Source: a virus
Taxonomy: Duplodnaviria > Caudoviricetes
Length of the DNA stretch: 55,616 nucleotides
Virus record (IMG/VR): IMGVR_UViG_3300045242_000161
Span: 1 to 55,616 of that record
Direction: 5' to 3' (one strand)
Below, in pieces: positions 35,952 through 44,925 of this stretch; positions within the stretch are counted from its first letter, which is position 1, and the number at the start of each line of letters is the position of its first letter. The notes under the pieces are model-generated. The model was not told where the DNA came from. It made no database searches and saw nothing but the letters and a program-made list of their open reading frames with translations. The translations under genes were made by a program, and so were the position numbers.

Positions 35952-35967
35952 CCCAGGGGTGGAGATA

Positions 35968-38244
35968 ATGTCAGATACTTTTAGCTCTTTCATCGACTCC
36001 CGGACTCATTCCACAGTATTGGCGGCGGCGTTAGATTATGCGAGCAAAGGATATCCCGTTTTTGCGTGCAAGGCGGATAAAACGCCGAATGTCCCCAACG
36101 GTTTCATGGATGCGTCCACCGATCCTGAGACCATTCAAAAGATGTTCACCAAACGTGGCTCTATTATGTTGGCTGTACCTACAGGAGAGGTCAGCGGTTT
36201 TGATGTTATCGACATAGATCCACGCAATCAAGGTGACCAGTGGCCAGGATTGGCGCAGTTACCACCAACACATCAGCACGGGACACCATCGGGTGGCTCA
36301 CATTATATCCTCAAACATTTCACAGGTATGCGGTTATCCCGCGGGTACACCAAAGATGGCATTCCCTATGGTATCGCAGATGGTGTTGATGTTCGGGCTG
36401 ATGGTGGCTACGTATGCGTCCCACCGTCTCCTGGATACTCGGTAGCAGTTAATATTGATCCTGAGCTCTGGGCAGAATGGCCTGCCTGGCTGATACCTCT
36501 AGGGTTACGAGGGCGTGCTGGTTTAGATGGTATCCACCGCCGGGTTGTCTCCAATGGCACCCAACCGCTGTCGTTGGATCAAGCCAAGAAGAAGATTGAT
36601 AAGTTATTGGAGACCGTCCCCAACTTCCCAGAAGGGGGCAAACACCATGAGCTGTTGAAGCTTGGGCTGTTGATGGGAGGCATCGCCTGCTGGACGAATT
36701 GGACGCCCGAATTCCTATGGGACTGGGTCAAACCGCAGTTACCCACAACCGTTCGGAATTACGACAATGCTCGCAAGACCTTTATCTGGGGGTTTTCAAA
36801 AGGTGAGGCAGCACCTATTCATGCGGATTCGGCGTATGTTCCATCATCCACGAGGGTGGGTTTATTAGGACGACGGCAGTGGACGCCACCTGTTGCTCAG
36901 ACGTCTGGGCAGTTGGCGGACATGCCCTCCTTGAATTCACCTGATGATGTTATCACTTGGATGAATACGCGTTACGCAGTTGTTAATCACCATGGTAGAA
37001 TATTAGTAGTGCAGGAGGTGTATGATCTCGAGTTATCGCGAACACGGACAGAATATCTAGAATTCGAGAGCCTGCGCAAGATGCACATGGACCTGACGGT
37101 TATGGCGAATAATCGTTCTATTGGAGCCGCGGATTATTGGCTGGCGAATCCTAACCGGCGGTTTTATAGCAGTGTTGTATTCAACCCGAAAGATGATCAA
37201 CAGGATCCGCTTGCATACAACCTTTGGCGTGGTTGGGCGGTTACTCCAAAAGGCGGTCCTGAGAAGTGTAAGAAATTTCGAGACCATATTAAGAACGTAT
37301 TGTGTGACCAAAATCCAAAGACGTATACCTATCTGATGAAGTGGCTCGCTAGGATGGTCCAAAAGCCATGGCTCCAGGCGGAGGTGGCAGTTGTTATCAA
37401 GTCTAGCGAAGGGGCAGGGAAAGGGACGTTGACGAATGCACTATTACGTATTTTAGGGCGGCATGGTTTTATGACAGCCCAGAGTCGCCATGTGGTAGGG
37501 GATTTCACCGGGCAGTTGCACGATTGTATTCTGTTGGTGGCAGAAGAGGCATTCTTCGCTGGAGATAGAGTCAACAGATCAACACTGAAGGCGATGATCA
37601 CAGAACCTTACCTGTCGATTGAGCCAAAGGGGCTGCCAGCCTTTCAGTCGCGGAATTATCTGCACATCATGATGAATTCTAATGAGGAATGGGTTGTTCC
37701 CGCCTCACTTGAAGCAAGGCGGTTTTTTGTATTGCGGGCGTCGGATAGTATGAAGGGAAATAGGCAGTATTTCACAGAGCTCTATGAGGAGTTGGAGAAT
37801 GGCGGTTTAGAGGCGTTCCTTGAAGTTTTGTTGAATATTGATATAGGCGATTTCGATATACGCGAATTTCCAAAGACGGAGGAGTTGAGGAATCAACAGG
37901 CGCAGTCCCTGTCTGGTCCAGATGCCTGGTGGTTTGCAGTTTTAGAAAGAGGCAAGATTCTTCCTGATGACTTGGGTTGGCCGTTAGAGACTGAAAGAGG
38001 GAATGGTGAGTATTTTGTGTCGAATGAGACCTTATTGCGGTCGTACTCATTTTGGACGCAGGAGAGGCGGAATAGACAACCACCATTAGGAAAGAGGAAT
38101 TTGGGTGTTTTCATGAACCGGATGGGGTTTGAAGTTTCCAATATAGGCAGTGATGGAACACGGGTGTATGGTCGAAATGTTGAGTCATGGGAGGAGGCGA
38201 AAGAGAAATGGACGGTCAGAACCAGGATTGAGGTGGAAGACTAG
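35968..38244 (+). CDS. Bifunctional primase-polymerase fused to SF3-type helicase
   Basis: VIDID, TPSGGSH, DVRADGGYVCVPPS (prim-pol); EGAGKGT Walker A, VAEE, MMNSN, RRF. Confidence 0.92.
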   Translation: MSDTFSSFIDSRTHSTVLAAALDYASKGYPVFACKADKTPNVPNGFMDASTDPETIQKMFTKRGSIMLAVPTGEVSGFDVIDIDPRNQGDQWPGLAQLPPTHQHGTPSGGSHYILKHFTGMRLSRGYTKDGIPYGIADGVDVRADGGYVCVPPSPGYSVAVNIDPELWAEWPAWLIPLGLRGRAGLDGIHRRVVSNGTQPLSLDQAKKKIDKLLETVPNFPEGGKHHELLKLGLLMGGIACWTNWTPEFLWDWVKPQLPTTVRNYDNARKTFIWGFSKGEAAPIHADSAYVPSSTRVGLLGRRQWTPPVAQTSGQLADMPSLNSPDDVITWMNTRYAVVNHHGRILVVQEVYDLELSRTRTEYLEFESLRKMHMDLTVMANNRSIGAADYWLANPNRRFYSSVVFNPKDDQQDPLAYNLWRGWAVTPKGGPEKCKKFRDHIKNVLCDQNPKTYTYLMKWLARMVQKPWLQAEVAVVIKSSEGAGKGTLTNALLRILGRHGFMTAQSRHVVGDFTGQLHDCILLVAEEAFFAGDRVNRSTLKAMITEPYLSIEPKGLPAFQSRNYLHIMMNSNEEWVVPASLEARRFFVLRASDSMKGNRQYFTELYEELENGGLEAFLEVLLNIDIGDFDIREFPKTEELRNQQAQSLSGPDAWWFAVLERGKILPDDLGWPLETERGNGEYFVSNETLLRSYSFWTQERRNRQPPLGKRNLGVFMNRMGFEVSNIGSDGTRVYGRNVESWEEAKEKWTVRTRIEVED

Positions 38245-38515
38245 TTCTCAGCCTCTCAGTCAGTTCTCAGCACAGTTCTCCGCAGGTTATCTTATTGATT
38301 ATCTTTATTGTTTTATAAGAAGCTGAGAACTATAAGAATAAAAGCTATGTTGCACAACAGTATGCGAATCTTGTTCGTCGTCGTCGCTCAAAAAATATTT
38401 CGCGAGCTCGGCGCTGCAACCCAAACAGTTCTCAGCGTTCTCAGTTCTGCATGTAACACCATGAAAACATTGATAAAAACTCGCTGAGATAGTTCTCAGC
38501 GGCAAACTTCTCCGC
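38243..38515. repeat. Iteron-like AGTTCTCAGC repeats around an AT-rich tract; putative replication origin or packaging site
   Basis: Direct copies at 38243, 38262, 38427, 38491; inverted copy 38322-38331; several partial copies; AT-rich 38288-38345. Confidence 0.65.
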
Positions 38516-38548
38516 GCAAGAATATTACCCAAAACAGCTGTTTTTGGG

Positions 38549-38578
38549 CTTGTGGTGTGCAGAATCAGGCTATATTAT
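38549..38578 (+). promoter_or_regulatory. Candidate promoter for the terminase operon
   Basis: CTTGTGG-N17-TATTAT; spacer contains GCAGAAT shared with other promoters. Confidence 0.5.
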
Positions 38579-38617
38579 GAAATTCGTGACATATTGCGTC
38601 TGTGCAAGGAATATCAC

Positions 38618-39112
38618 ATGGCACTCTTGTTCATTCAGGGAGATCCTACGCCTCTTCCTACTGTTCCGGATACTATGTTTAACTATCCACCTGAAGGTAT
38701 GACTGTAGAAGCCGCAGCGATTTGGGATTGGTATGGCGATAATCTGCCGATGTCAATCAAGACATATTTCAAACTGCATCACATTCGACTATTCGCTGAT
38801 ATGTGCGAACTCGAGGCCTGGTTAGTTAGGAACCATTTCAAGGATGAGCCTGCGACGGTTGTAAACCGCATGGGCGATGCGAAGATGAATCCCGCGTTAA
38901 CTGCTTGGATGTTCGTCTGGAACCAGGTGCAGAAGATCCGGAAGGAGTTGGCGATTCATCCGATGTTCTGTAACACGCTAGATTCATGGCAGAGAGGGGC
39001 GTTGTTTGAGATTCCAGGAGACGGAAACGTTCAGATGCCATCGCGTATTCAGTATTTCTTGCCTGAGAATGGGCGTCGGTATGAAGGGATAGATGAGGAA
39101 GAAGGATCTTAG
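38618..39112 (+). CDS. terS: Terminase small subunit (P27-like)
   Basis: PPEGMTVEAAAIW...KMNPAL...ELAIHP pattern; directly upstream of terL. Confidence 0.65.
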   Translation: MALLFIQGDPTPLPTVPDTMFNYPPEGMTVEAAAIWDWYGDNLPMSIKTYFKLHHIRLFADMCELEAWLVRNHFKDEPATVVNRMGDAKMNPALTAWMFVWNQVQKIRKELAIHPMFCNTLDSWQRGALFEIPGDGNVQMPSRIQYFLPENGRRYEGIDEEEGS

Positions 39113-39113
39113 G

Positions 39114-40490
39114 ATGGCAGAAACTATCGAAGTAAAACCGCAACCCGGACCACAGACCGATTTCCTGGCCACGTCCGCGGATATTGCGATATACGGTGGT
39201 GCGGCTGGTGGAGGTAAGACCTGGGCGTTACTGATGGAGGCAATCAGATATCAAGAGAAGGTAGCCAATTTCATGGCTGTCTTCTTCCGTAGAACTACGC
39301 CGCAGATTAAGAATCCAGGGGGCCTATGGGATGAGTCTGTCGCACTGTATACTGGTTTCGCCAAACCACGGCAGCAGGGACTAGAATGGATATTCCCGAT
39401 GGGTGGTCGGGTGAAGATGGCCCATATGGAGTATGAGGCGAATGCTCACGACTGGCAAGGCTCACAGGTGCCACTTATCTGTTTCGATGAACTCACACAC
39501 TTTACTGAGCGACAGTTTTGGTATCTCTTCAGTCGAAATCGTTCAACTACTGGAGTGCCTGCATACATACGCGCCTCCTGCAACCCAGACCCTGATTCGT
39601 GGGTTGCTGGTTTCATTGAATGGTGGATTGACCAAGACACAGGTTACGCTATCCCTGAAAGATCCGGGGTGGTTAGGTGGTTCGTCAGGATAGGTGAGAA
39701 GATTGAGTGGGATGATAGTCGGGAGGCTTTGATACAGAGGTTCCCGATTCTACTCCCGAAGTCGGTTACTTTCATCCCGTCGAAATTATCTGATAACCGC
39801 ATTCTAATGCGTAAGGATCCTGGATATCTTGCCAATTTGATGGCGTTAGGTAGAGTAGAGCGTGAACGCCTATTGAATGGTAACTGGAGAGTCCGTGCTC
39901 AGGCAGGCTCTTACTTCCCCCGACATCTGGTAGGGACGATTGACGCGGTGCCTACGGATGTTATTCGCTGGGTCAGGCGATGGGACCTAGCGGCGACAGA
40001 AGTATCTGAGAAGAATCCGTCTCCCGATGCGACGGCAGGTGTGTTGATGGGCCTAAGGCGTAACGGTAGGGTGGTGATTGCCGACGGGATACACATGCGG
40101 CGTAACGCACACATCGTTAGAGACGCCATCAAATCAACTGCCATGCGTGACAAGTCGATGTATCCGGCGTTAACTACTGTTGTGCCGCAGGATCCTGGAC
40201 AGGCAGGGAAGGATCAGGCAGCATCATACATTGCGTTTCTCGCAGGATACAAGGCGAAAGCGATAAGAGAGACCGGCCCAAAAGAGACTAGGGCCGAGCC
40301 TCTGTCAGCACAATGGCAGGCGGGGAATGTTGACCTTGTCGCAGGGCCTTGGAACCGTGACTATCTCCAGGAGATGGAGGGGTTCCCTGACGCGGATCAT
40401 GACGATTACGTCGATGCCAGTAGTGGTGCCTACTATGAGATGGTGTCGAATGTCAGTGATTATGAGAGGAGGAGGGCGTTGGCGGCTTGA
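39114..40490 (+). CDS. terL: Terminase large subunit
   Basis: PQPGPQ, GGAAGGGKT, ICFDE, SCNP, WDLAA, HDDYVDA. Confidence 0.95.
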   Translation: MAETIEVKPQPGPQTDFLATSADIAIYGGAAGGGKTWALLMEAIRYQEKVANFMAVFFRRTTPQIKNPGGLWDESVALYTGFAKPRQQGLEWIFPMGGRVKMAHMEYEANAHDWQGSQVPLICFDELTHFTERQFWYLFSRNRSTTGVPAYIRASCNPDPDSWVAGFIEWWIDQDTGYAIPERSGVVRWFVRIGEKIEWDDSREALIQRFPILLPKSVTFIPSKLSDNRILMRKDPGYLANLMALGRVERERLLNGNWRVRAQAGSYFPRHLVGTIDAVPTDVIRWVRRWDLAATEVSEKNPSPDATAGVLMGLRRNGRVVIADGIHMRRNAHIVRDAIKSTAMRDKSMYPALTTVVPQDPGQAGKDQAASYIAFLAGYKAKAIRETGPKETRAEPLSAQWQAGNVDLVAGPWNRDYLQEMEGFPDADHDDYVDASSGAYYEMVSNVSDYERRRALAA

Positions 40491-40898
40491 TTATCCTCTT
40501 TTCTCCAGTATGTCCATGTTAACCGCTGGACTTCCGTAGGTGCTGGGCGGACCGTTGACGAAGAGTCTATCGTGCAGCGTCAACCGCGTATCTTGGAGCG
40601 ATACCGGCATACGGACCTCACGGACCTCATCCACGCCTTGGTCAACGACGTTGGAGGAGGCTGTGAACAGTCGGTTGACGAATAGGCTTGCGGTAACGGT
40701 GCCACGACATTCGATCCAGACGCCATAGTAGGGTAGCCGGTTGAACCCGCCGCCGTCATTGGTCCACTCGATGTGTGCGACCACGTCATAGGTGCCGGGA
40801 GGGATCAGGTAGTCGGTGTACCACGAGGCGGTCTCATAAGACTGCCGGTAAGTAGTGGGTTCAGTGATAGTGGCGGTTCCGATCTTGTAGTTGCTCAT
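40491..40898 (-). CDS. Moron-like hypothetical gene inverted between terL and portal
   Basis: RBS AAGGAG, own family promoter, stop abuts the terL stop. Confidence 0.7.
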   Translation of the reverse strand: MSNYKIGTATITEPTTYRQSYETASWYTDYLIPPGTYDVVAHIEWTNDGGGFNRLPYYGVWIECRGTVTASLFVNRLFTASSNVVDQGVDEVREVRMPVSLQDTRLTLHDRLFVNGPPSTYGSPAVNMDILEKRG

Positions 40899-40924
40899 GA
40901 CTTCATCTCCTTTTCCATACTCAA

Positions 40925-40954
40925 CTTATAGTTTAGATGGGAGAAATACGCAAG
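40925..40954 (-). promoter_or_regulatory. Phage promoter family copy
   Basis: CTTGCGT-N17-TATAAG. Confidence 0.65.
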
Positions 40955-41100
40955 TAAAAACTTACCAGATGAATTAAGAATCCATGCAAGATCCGCAAGG
41001 CAGCCATGCCCAACGAATCCTTGAGATTTTCGAGAAAAGGCTAATTGTGCAATGATGAGCGGGGGATAGGGTTCTGGGCGTCATTCGAAGCGATGGCTTC

Positions 41101-42489
41101 ATGAATGTCCTCTCCGGGCTAGGTGTTCCTGGCCTGGACCGCTCCTCAACGACTTCATTTTACGGTGGTTACTCCAACCGCCGAGGCTTCTCTCAACATT
41201 GGGCCAGCCGTTATTCGCTATGGAGCTACACCGACCTCTACATGAGCCGCGGTGTAGCAGCGAAAGTTGTAGATCGACCGGCTGACGACAGCCTAGCGCG
41301 CGGGCTCAAGATTGAAGGTGACGAAGATAACGTGATGGCGGACGAGTTTGACCGCCTCCAGGTCATCTCGAAACTCCAAGATGCCATGCGGTGGAGCCGT
41401 CTCTACGGAGCCTCAGTCATACTGGTGGTGGCGAAAGACGGAGGAACCTTTGAAGATCCTCTGAATCTTACTACCCTAGACCAGATAATCGAACTACAGG
41501 TATTTGACTGTAACCAGATCCGACCAACGAATGAGCTTTACCTGGATCCGTTAGATCCTAGCTACAACCGCCCAGAATACTACGAAATACACCCACCTGG
41601 TGGACTGTCGTTCCGTGTGCACGAGACGCGGTTGGTGCCGGTAGGTGGAGATCCGATACCGCCGTCTTTCGCAGGACGCGGCACTATCTGGTGGATGGGT
41701 CGTAGTGTTCTGGAAGGATCTATCGGTGATCTGGCCCGATACGAACAAGGACTTGAATGGTCCCTCCGACTTCTGGAAAGGAAGCAGCAGGGCATCTACT
41801 CGATGGAGGGTCTCGGGGACCTTTTCGCCGAGGGGCAAGATGATATCGTCAGCCGTCGGATTAACCTTGTTGATTTGGTGCGTGGTAATCTCAATAGTGT
41901 GGTTGTTGACAAGAACGATGCCTACACTGTTGAGAATCTGGGACTAGACGGCGTTCAGACGGTTCTACAAGAGTTCCAAACCGCAGTTAGTGCGGCTACC
42001 GACATACCTGTGGTGGTGTTGTTTGGCAAGTCTTCTACGGGTCTTAACGCCACTGGTGCAGGTGATCTGGAGAACTACTACTCCTTGTTAACGCGTATCC
42101 AGACGCGTATCTTGAAGCCGGCGTTAGAGCGAATCGTTTCCTATCTCTGGGCGCAGAGAACGCTTGGAGTTACAGCCCCTGAGTCTTGGCGTGTGGTATT
42201 CAACCCGCTTTGGGTCGCCACGGATCAGGAGAAGGCGCAGGCAGAATTGACCGAGGCGCAAGGAGAGGCATCTGAGATCAATGCTCTCATCGCTCTCCTA
42301 AACGCCTCTATCCTACTGCCTGAAGAAGTGCGTGAAGTGGTGGTAACTGAATACTACGACGACTTCAACTTCCAGGCTAACATGCCCGAGAAGTTACAGG
42401 AGTTGGCAGACTTCTCACATGAGATGGCGACAACTCCACCCCCTGATCCTACCCAACCGCCTCCGCCTGGAGGTTCTGGTGGCCCGTAA
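41101..42489 (+). CDS. Portal protein (DUF1073-like)
   Basis: WSRLYGAS, RVHETRL, ATDIPVVVLFGKSSTGLNATGAGDLENYY, FNPLW. Confidence 0.9.
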   Translation: MNVLSGLGVPGLDRSSTTSFYGGYSNRRGFSQHWASRYSLWSYTDLYMSRGVAAKVVDRPADDSLARGLKIEGDEDNVMADEFDRLQVISKLQDAMRWSRLYGASVILVVAKDGGTFEDPLNLTTLDQIIELQVFDCNQIRPTNELYLDPLDPSYNRPEYYEIHPPGGLSFRVHETRLVPVGGDPIPPSFAGRGTIWWMGRSVLEGSIGDLARYEQGLEWSLRLLERKQQGIYSMEGLGDLFAEGQDDIVSRRINLVDLVRGNLNSVVVDKNDAYTVENLGLDGVQTVLQEFQTAVSAATDIPVVVLFGKSSTGLNATGAGDLENYYSLLTRIQTRILKPALERIVSYLWAQRTLGVTAPESWRVVFNPLWVATDQEKAQAELTEAQGEASEINALIALLNASILLPEEVREVVVTEYYDDFNFQANMPEKLQELADFSHEMATTPPPDPTQPPPPGGSGGP

Positions 42490-43351
42490 ACGTCTTCCTG
42501 CGATGCGGTATCCGCTCGCTCAGGAGATACAATACAGGGTCATTCTGAATACCTTGATACGCGCGGTAACTGCGGCCCTGAAGAAGTATGTCGCCCCTTA
42601 TGTGCGAGGCTGGGCCGTAGAGGCTACAGCAGTAGACCTACCAACTGGTCCCATCCGCCAGGATGTAGAAGGACATGGTTGGCGAGAGCAGATGACGGCG
42701 GCGTTGCAGAGGGCGTTTCTCTCCACCCAGAGGGAGCAGCAAGAAGCCATCCGCAAGATGATTGATGTAGGTAAGCGAACCGACACCTACAATGAGAAAG
42801 AATGGCGTCGCCTGATCCGTTCTGCGTATGGTGTTGATCCAATCAAAGAGGATCCGAAGAAGTATCAGCCTCTCCTGGATAAGTGGGCAGATACGAATGC
42901 TCGACTGATTACCAACATCCCCCAAAAGACGATGGAACAGATACAGGAGCAGTCGATGGCTGCTCTGACAGAGGGGACCAGTGTTGCAGATACGACCGCC
43001 CGGATCTATGAGATCATGTCGGAGCGGGTGGATGTATCTTATAGTCGGGCACAGTTGATCGCACGCGACCAGGTAGCCAAACTAAACGGTCAATTCACGC
43101 GAGAACGCCAAGAGGACCTTGGTGTTGACTCTTATATCTGGAGAACCGTACAGGACGAGCGTGTGCGTGAGACCCATCAGGAAGTAGATGGACAGACGTT
43201 CCCTTGGGACAAACCGCCTGAGGAGACAGACGGCAATCATCCTGGTGAAGATTATCAGTGTCGGTGTTGGGCAGAGCCCATTCTCCCTGAGCGTATGGCC
43301 TTCGAGGCATCGCTACAGGAAGAAGAGGATGCCTTGGACGAAGCCGCATGA
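42479..43351 (+). CDS. Minor head morphogenesis protein (SPP1 gp7/Mu gpF family)
   Basis: RAQLIARDQ, YIWRTVQDERVRETH, HPGEDYQCRC; start reassigned to GTG 42479 (RBS GGAGG). Confidence 0.9.
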   Translation: MARKRLPAMRYPLAQEIQYRVILNTLIRAVTAALKKYVAPYVRGWAVEATAVDLPTGPIRQDVEGHGWREQMTAALQRAFLSTQREQQEAIRKMIDVGKRTDTYNEKEWRRLIRSAYGVDPIKEDPKKYQPLLDKWADTNARLITNIPQKTMEQIQEQSMAALTEGTSVADTTARIYEIMSERVDVSYSRAQLIARDQVAKLNGQFTRERQEDLGVDSYIWRTVQDERVRETHQEVDGQTFPWDKPPEETDGNHPGEDYQCRCWAEPILPERMAFEASLQEEEDALDEAA

Positions 43352-44433
43352 CTGTCATCCGATACGACTTCGTTGAACTCAAGGCGACGGTGACCCCTGA
43401 TGGGTTCATCAAAGATCGGCCTATCATTACTAGGTCGGGCATCTTCAACTACCGCACCGCAGATGGTAAGATTCGCCGTGAATACCGTCCGGAATCAGAA
43501 GTATTTTCTGAGGATAGCCTTGGAACCCTTGCCGGTGTTCCTATCACTGATGGTCACCGCGGTTTGGTTAGCGCTGCCAGCCTTAGTGGCAATGTCGGCA
43601 CTGTTCTAACGCCGGGCCAAAAGGAAGAAAAGAATGTCGTGGCCGGTATTGTTATTCACCAACCTGCTCTGCTTGGTGATAGGCGTGATCTTTCGCTTGG
43701 CTACACCTGTAATCTGGACGAGACTCCAGGAGTTTCACCCGACGGTGAACCCTATGATGCCATACAGAAAGGAATTGTCTACAACCATCTTGCTGTTGTG
43801 AAGAAAGGCAGGGCAGGTAACGCACGCCTTAGGATGGATTCGGCGGACGCGGCTAGTGGGAGTTTTGAAACGGAGGACGTTATGGACGTAAAGTTAGTTC
43901 CCGTCCGCCTGGATGAGTTGGAGTACCAGGCGTCGCCTGAGGTGGCCCTAGCGTTGAAGAAGGCCCAGATAGATCTCGAGGGCCTGAAGAAGCGGTATGA
44001 TTCTGTTGAAGCAGAACGTGATACCGCCAAGTCTGAACTCGAGACGCAGAAGACTACGTTCGCGGCTCGGGAGAAGGAGATCCAAGCGCAATCTCGGCAG
44101 GAGATCCGGGCGCGTATGGATCTGGATGATGTCGCCAGGAAGCTCGAGGCAGATCCCAAGGACACAGACTCCGATCGCCTAGTGCGGGAGAAGGTCCTTG
44201 CGAAACTGCGGCCCGAGATGAAATTCGATGGTAAGAGTGACGACTACGTCCTGTCTGCCTTCGATACAGCCGTTGCCTATGATGCGGAGAAGGTGAAGAA
44301 GGTTGGTGAGCAGCGTAAAGCATCCAACCAACGCCAGGATTCTACTACGCCTAAGTCTGGAGGTTCATCTGAAGATGCCCGACAGCGGATGATCAACCGC
44401 ATTAAAGGTATCAAAGAACAGGAGGCCGCATAA
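43348..44433 (+). CDS. Prohead protease/scaffold (DUF2213)
   Basis: PITDGH, LSLGY, NHLAVVKKGRAG, coiled-coil C-terminus. Confidence 0.88.
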   Translation: MTVIRYDFVELKATVTPDGFIKDRPIITRSGIFNYRTADGKIRREYRPESEVFSEDSLGTLAGVPITDGHRGLVSAASLSGNVGTVLTPGQKEEKNVVAGIVIHQPALLGDRRDLSLGYTCNLDETPGVSPDGEPYDAIQKGIVYNHLAVVKKGRAGNARLRMDSADAASGSFETEDVMDVKLVPVRLDELEYQASPEVALALKKAQIDLEGLKKRYDSVEAERDTAKSELETQKTTFAAREKEIQAQSRQEIRARMDLDDVARKLEADPKDTDSDRLVREKVLAKLRPEMKFDGKSDDYVLSAFDTAVAYDAEKVKKVGEQRKASNQRQDSTTPKSGGSSEDARQRMINRIKGIKEQEAA

Positions 44434-44913
44434 ATGTCCGGCACAACGGGGCCTTATGCCAACTATATGGCGCCTGCCTTCATCGGTATGAAGGCGGATT
44501 CTATGGATGATAACGTCGACACCTTCGCCGCGAGCACGACTATTCCGGTAGGTGTCGCTGTTCAACGCACGGCGGCAGGTGCCTTGACGACCAAGGCAGG
44601 TGCAGCGTCGGCGGCTCTGTTCGTGGGTGTATCTTTGCATGATCATATGGCAGGATACAATGGTGGATACCGCACAGGTGATGCGGTTTCTGTTCTCACG
44701 CGCGGTCGTGCTTGGGTGGCTGTTGACGATCCTACTGCAGTTGTAGATGGTGCTGCCTGTAAGGTGACGGCGGCTACAGGGGCCTTCAATACGACAGGAA
44801 CCATTGCGGTGACGAATGCTGTCTTCCGCAGTGGTGCAATCGACCTACTGAATGTCGACTGGACGACCTACACCAAGGGCGCCGTTGTCGAACTCCACTA
44901 TCCGAACGTGTAA
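44434..44913 (+). CDS. Capsid decoration/cement protein
   Basis: GDAVSVLTRGRAWV; lies between protease and MCP. Confidence 0.75.
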   Translation: MSGTTGPYANYMAPAFIGMKADSMDDNVDTFAASTTIPVGVAVQRTAAGALTTKAGAASAALFVGVSLHDHMAGYNGGYRTGDAVSVLTRGRAWVAVDDPTAVVDGAACKVTAATGAFNTTGTIAVTNAVFRSGAIDLLNVDWTTYTKGAVVELHYPNV

Positions 44914-44925
44914 GGGAGAGCGACG

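Noticed and set aside
38243-38515. Possible CRISPR or mini-array
   Set aside because: Repeats are only 10 nt, irregularly spaced and in both orientations; no cas genes
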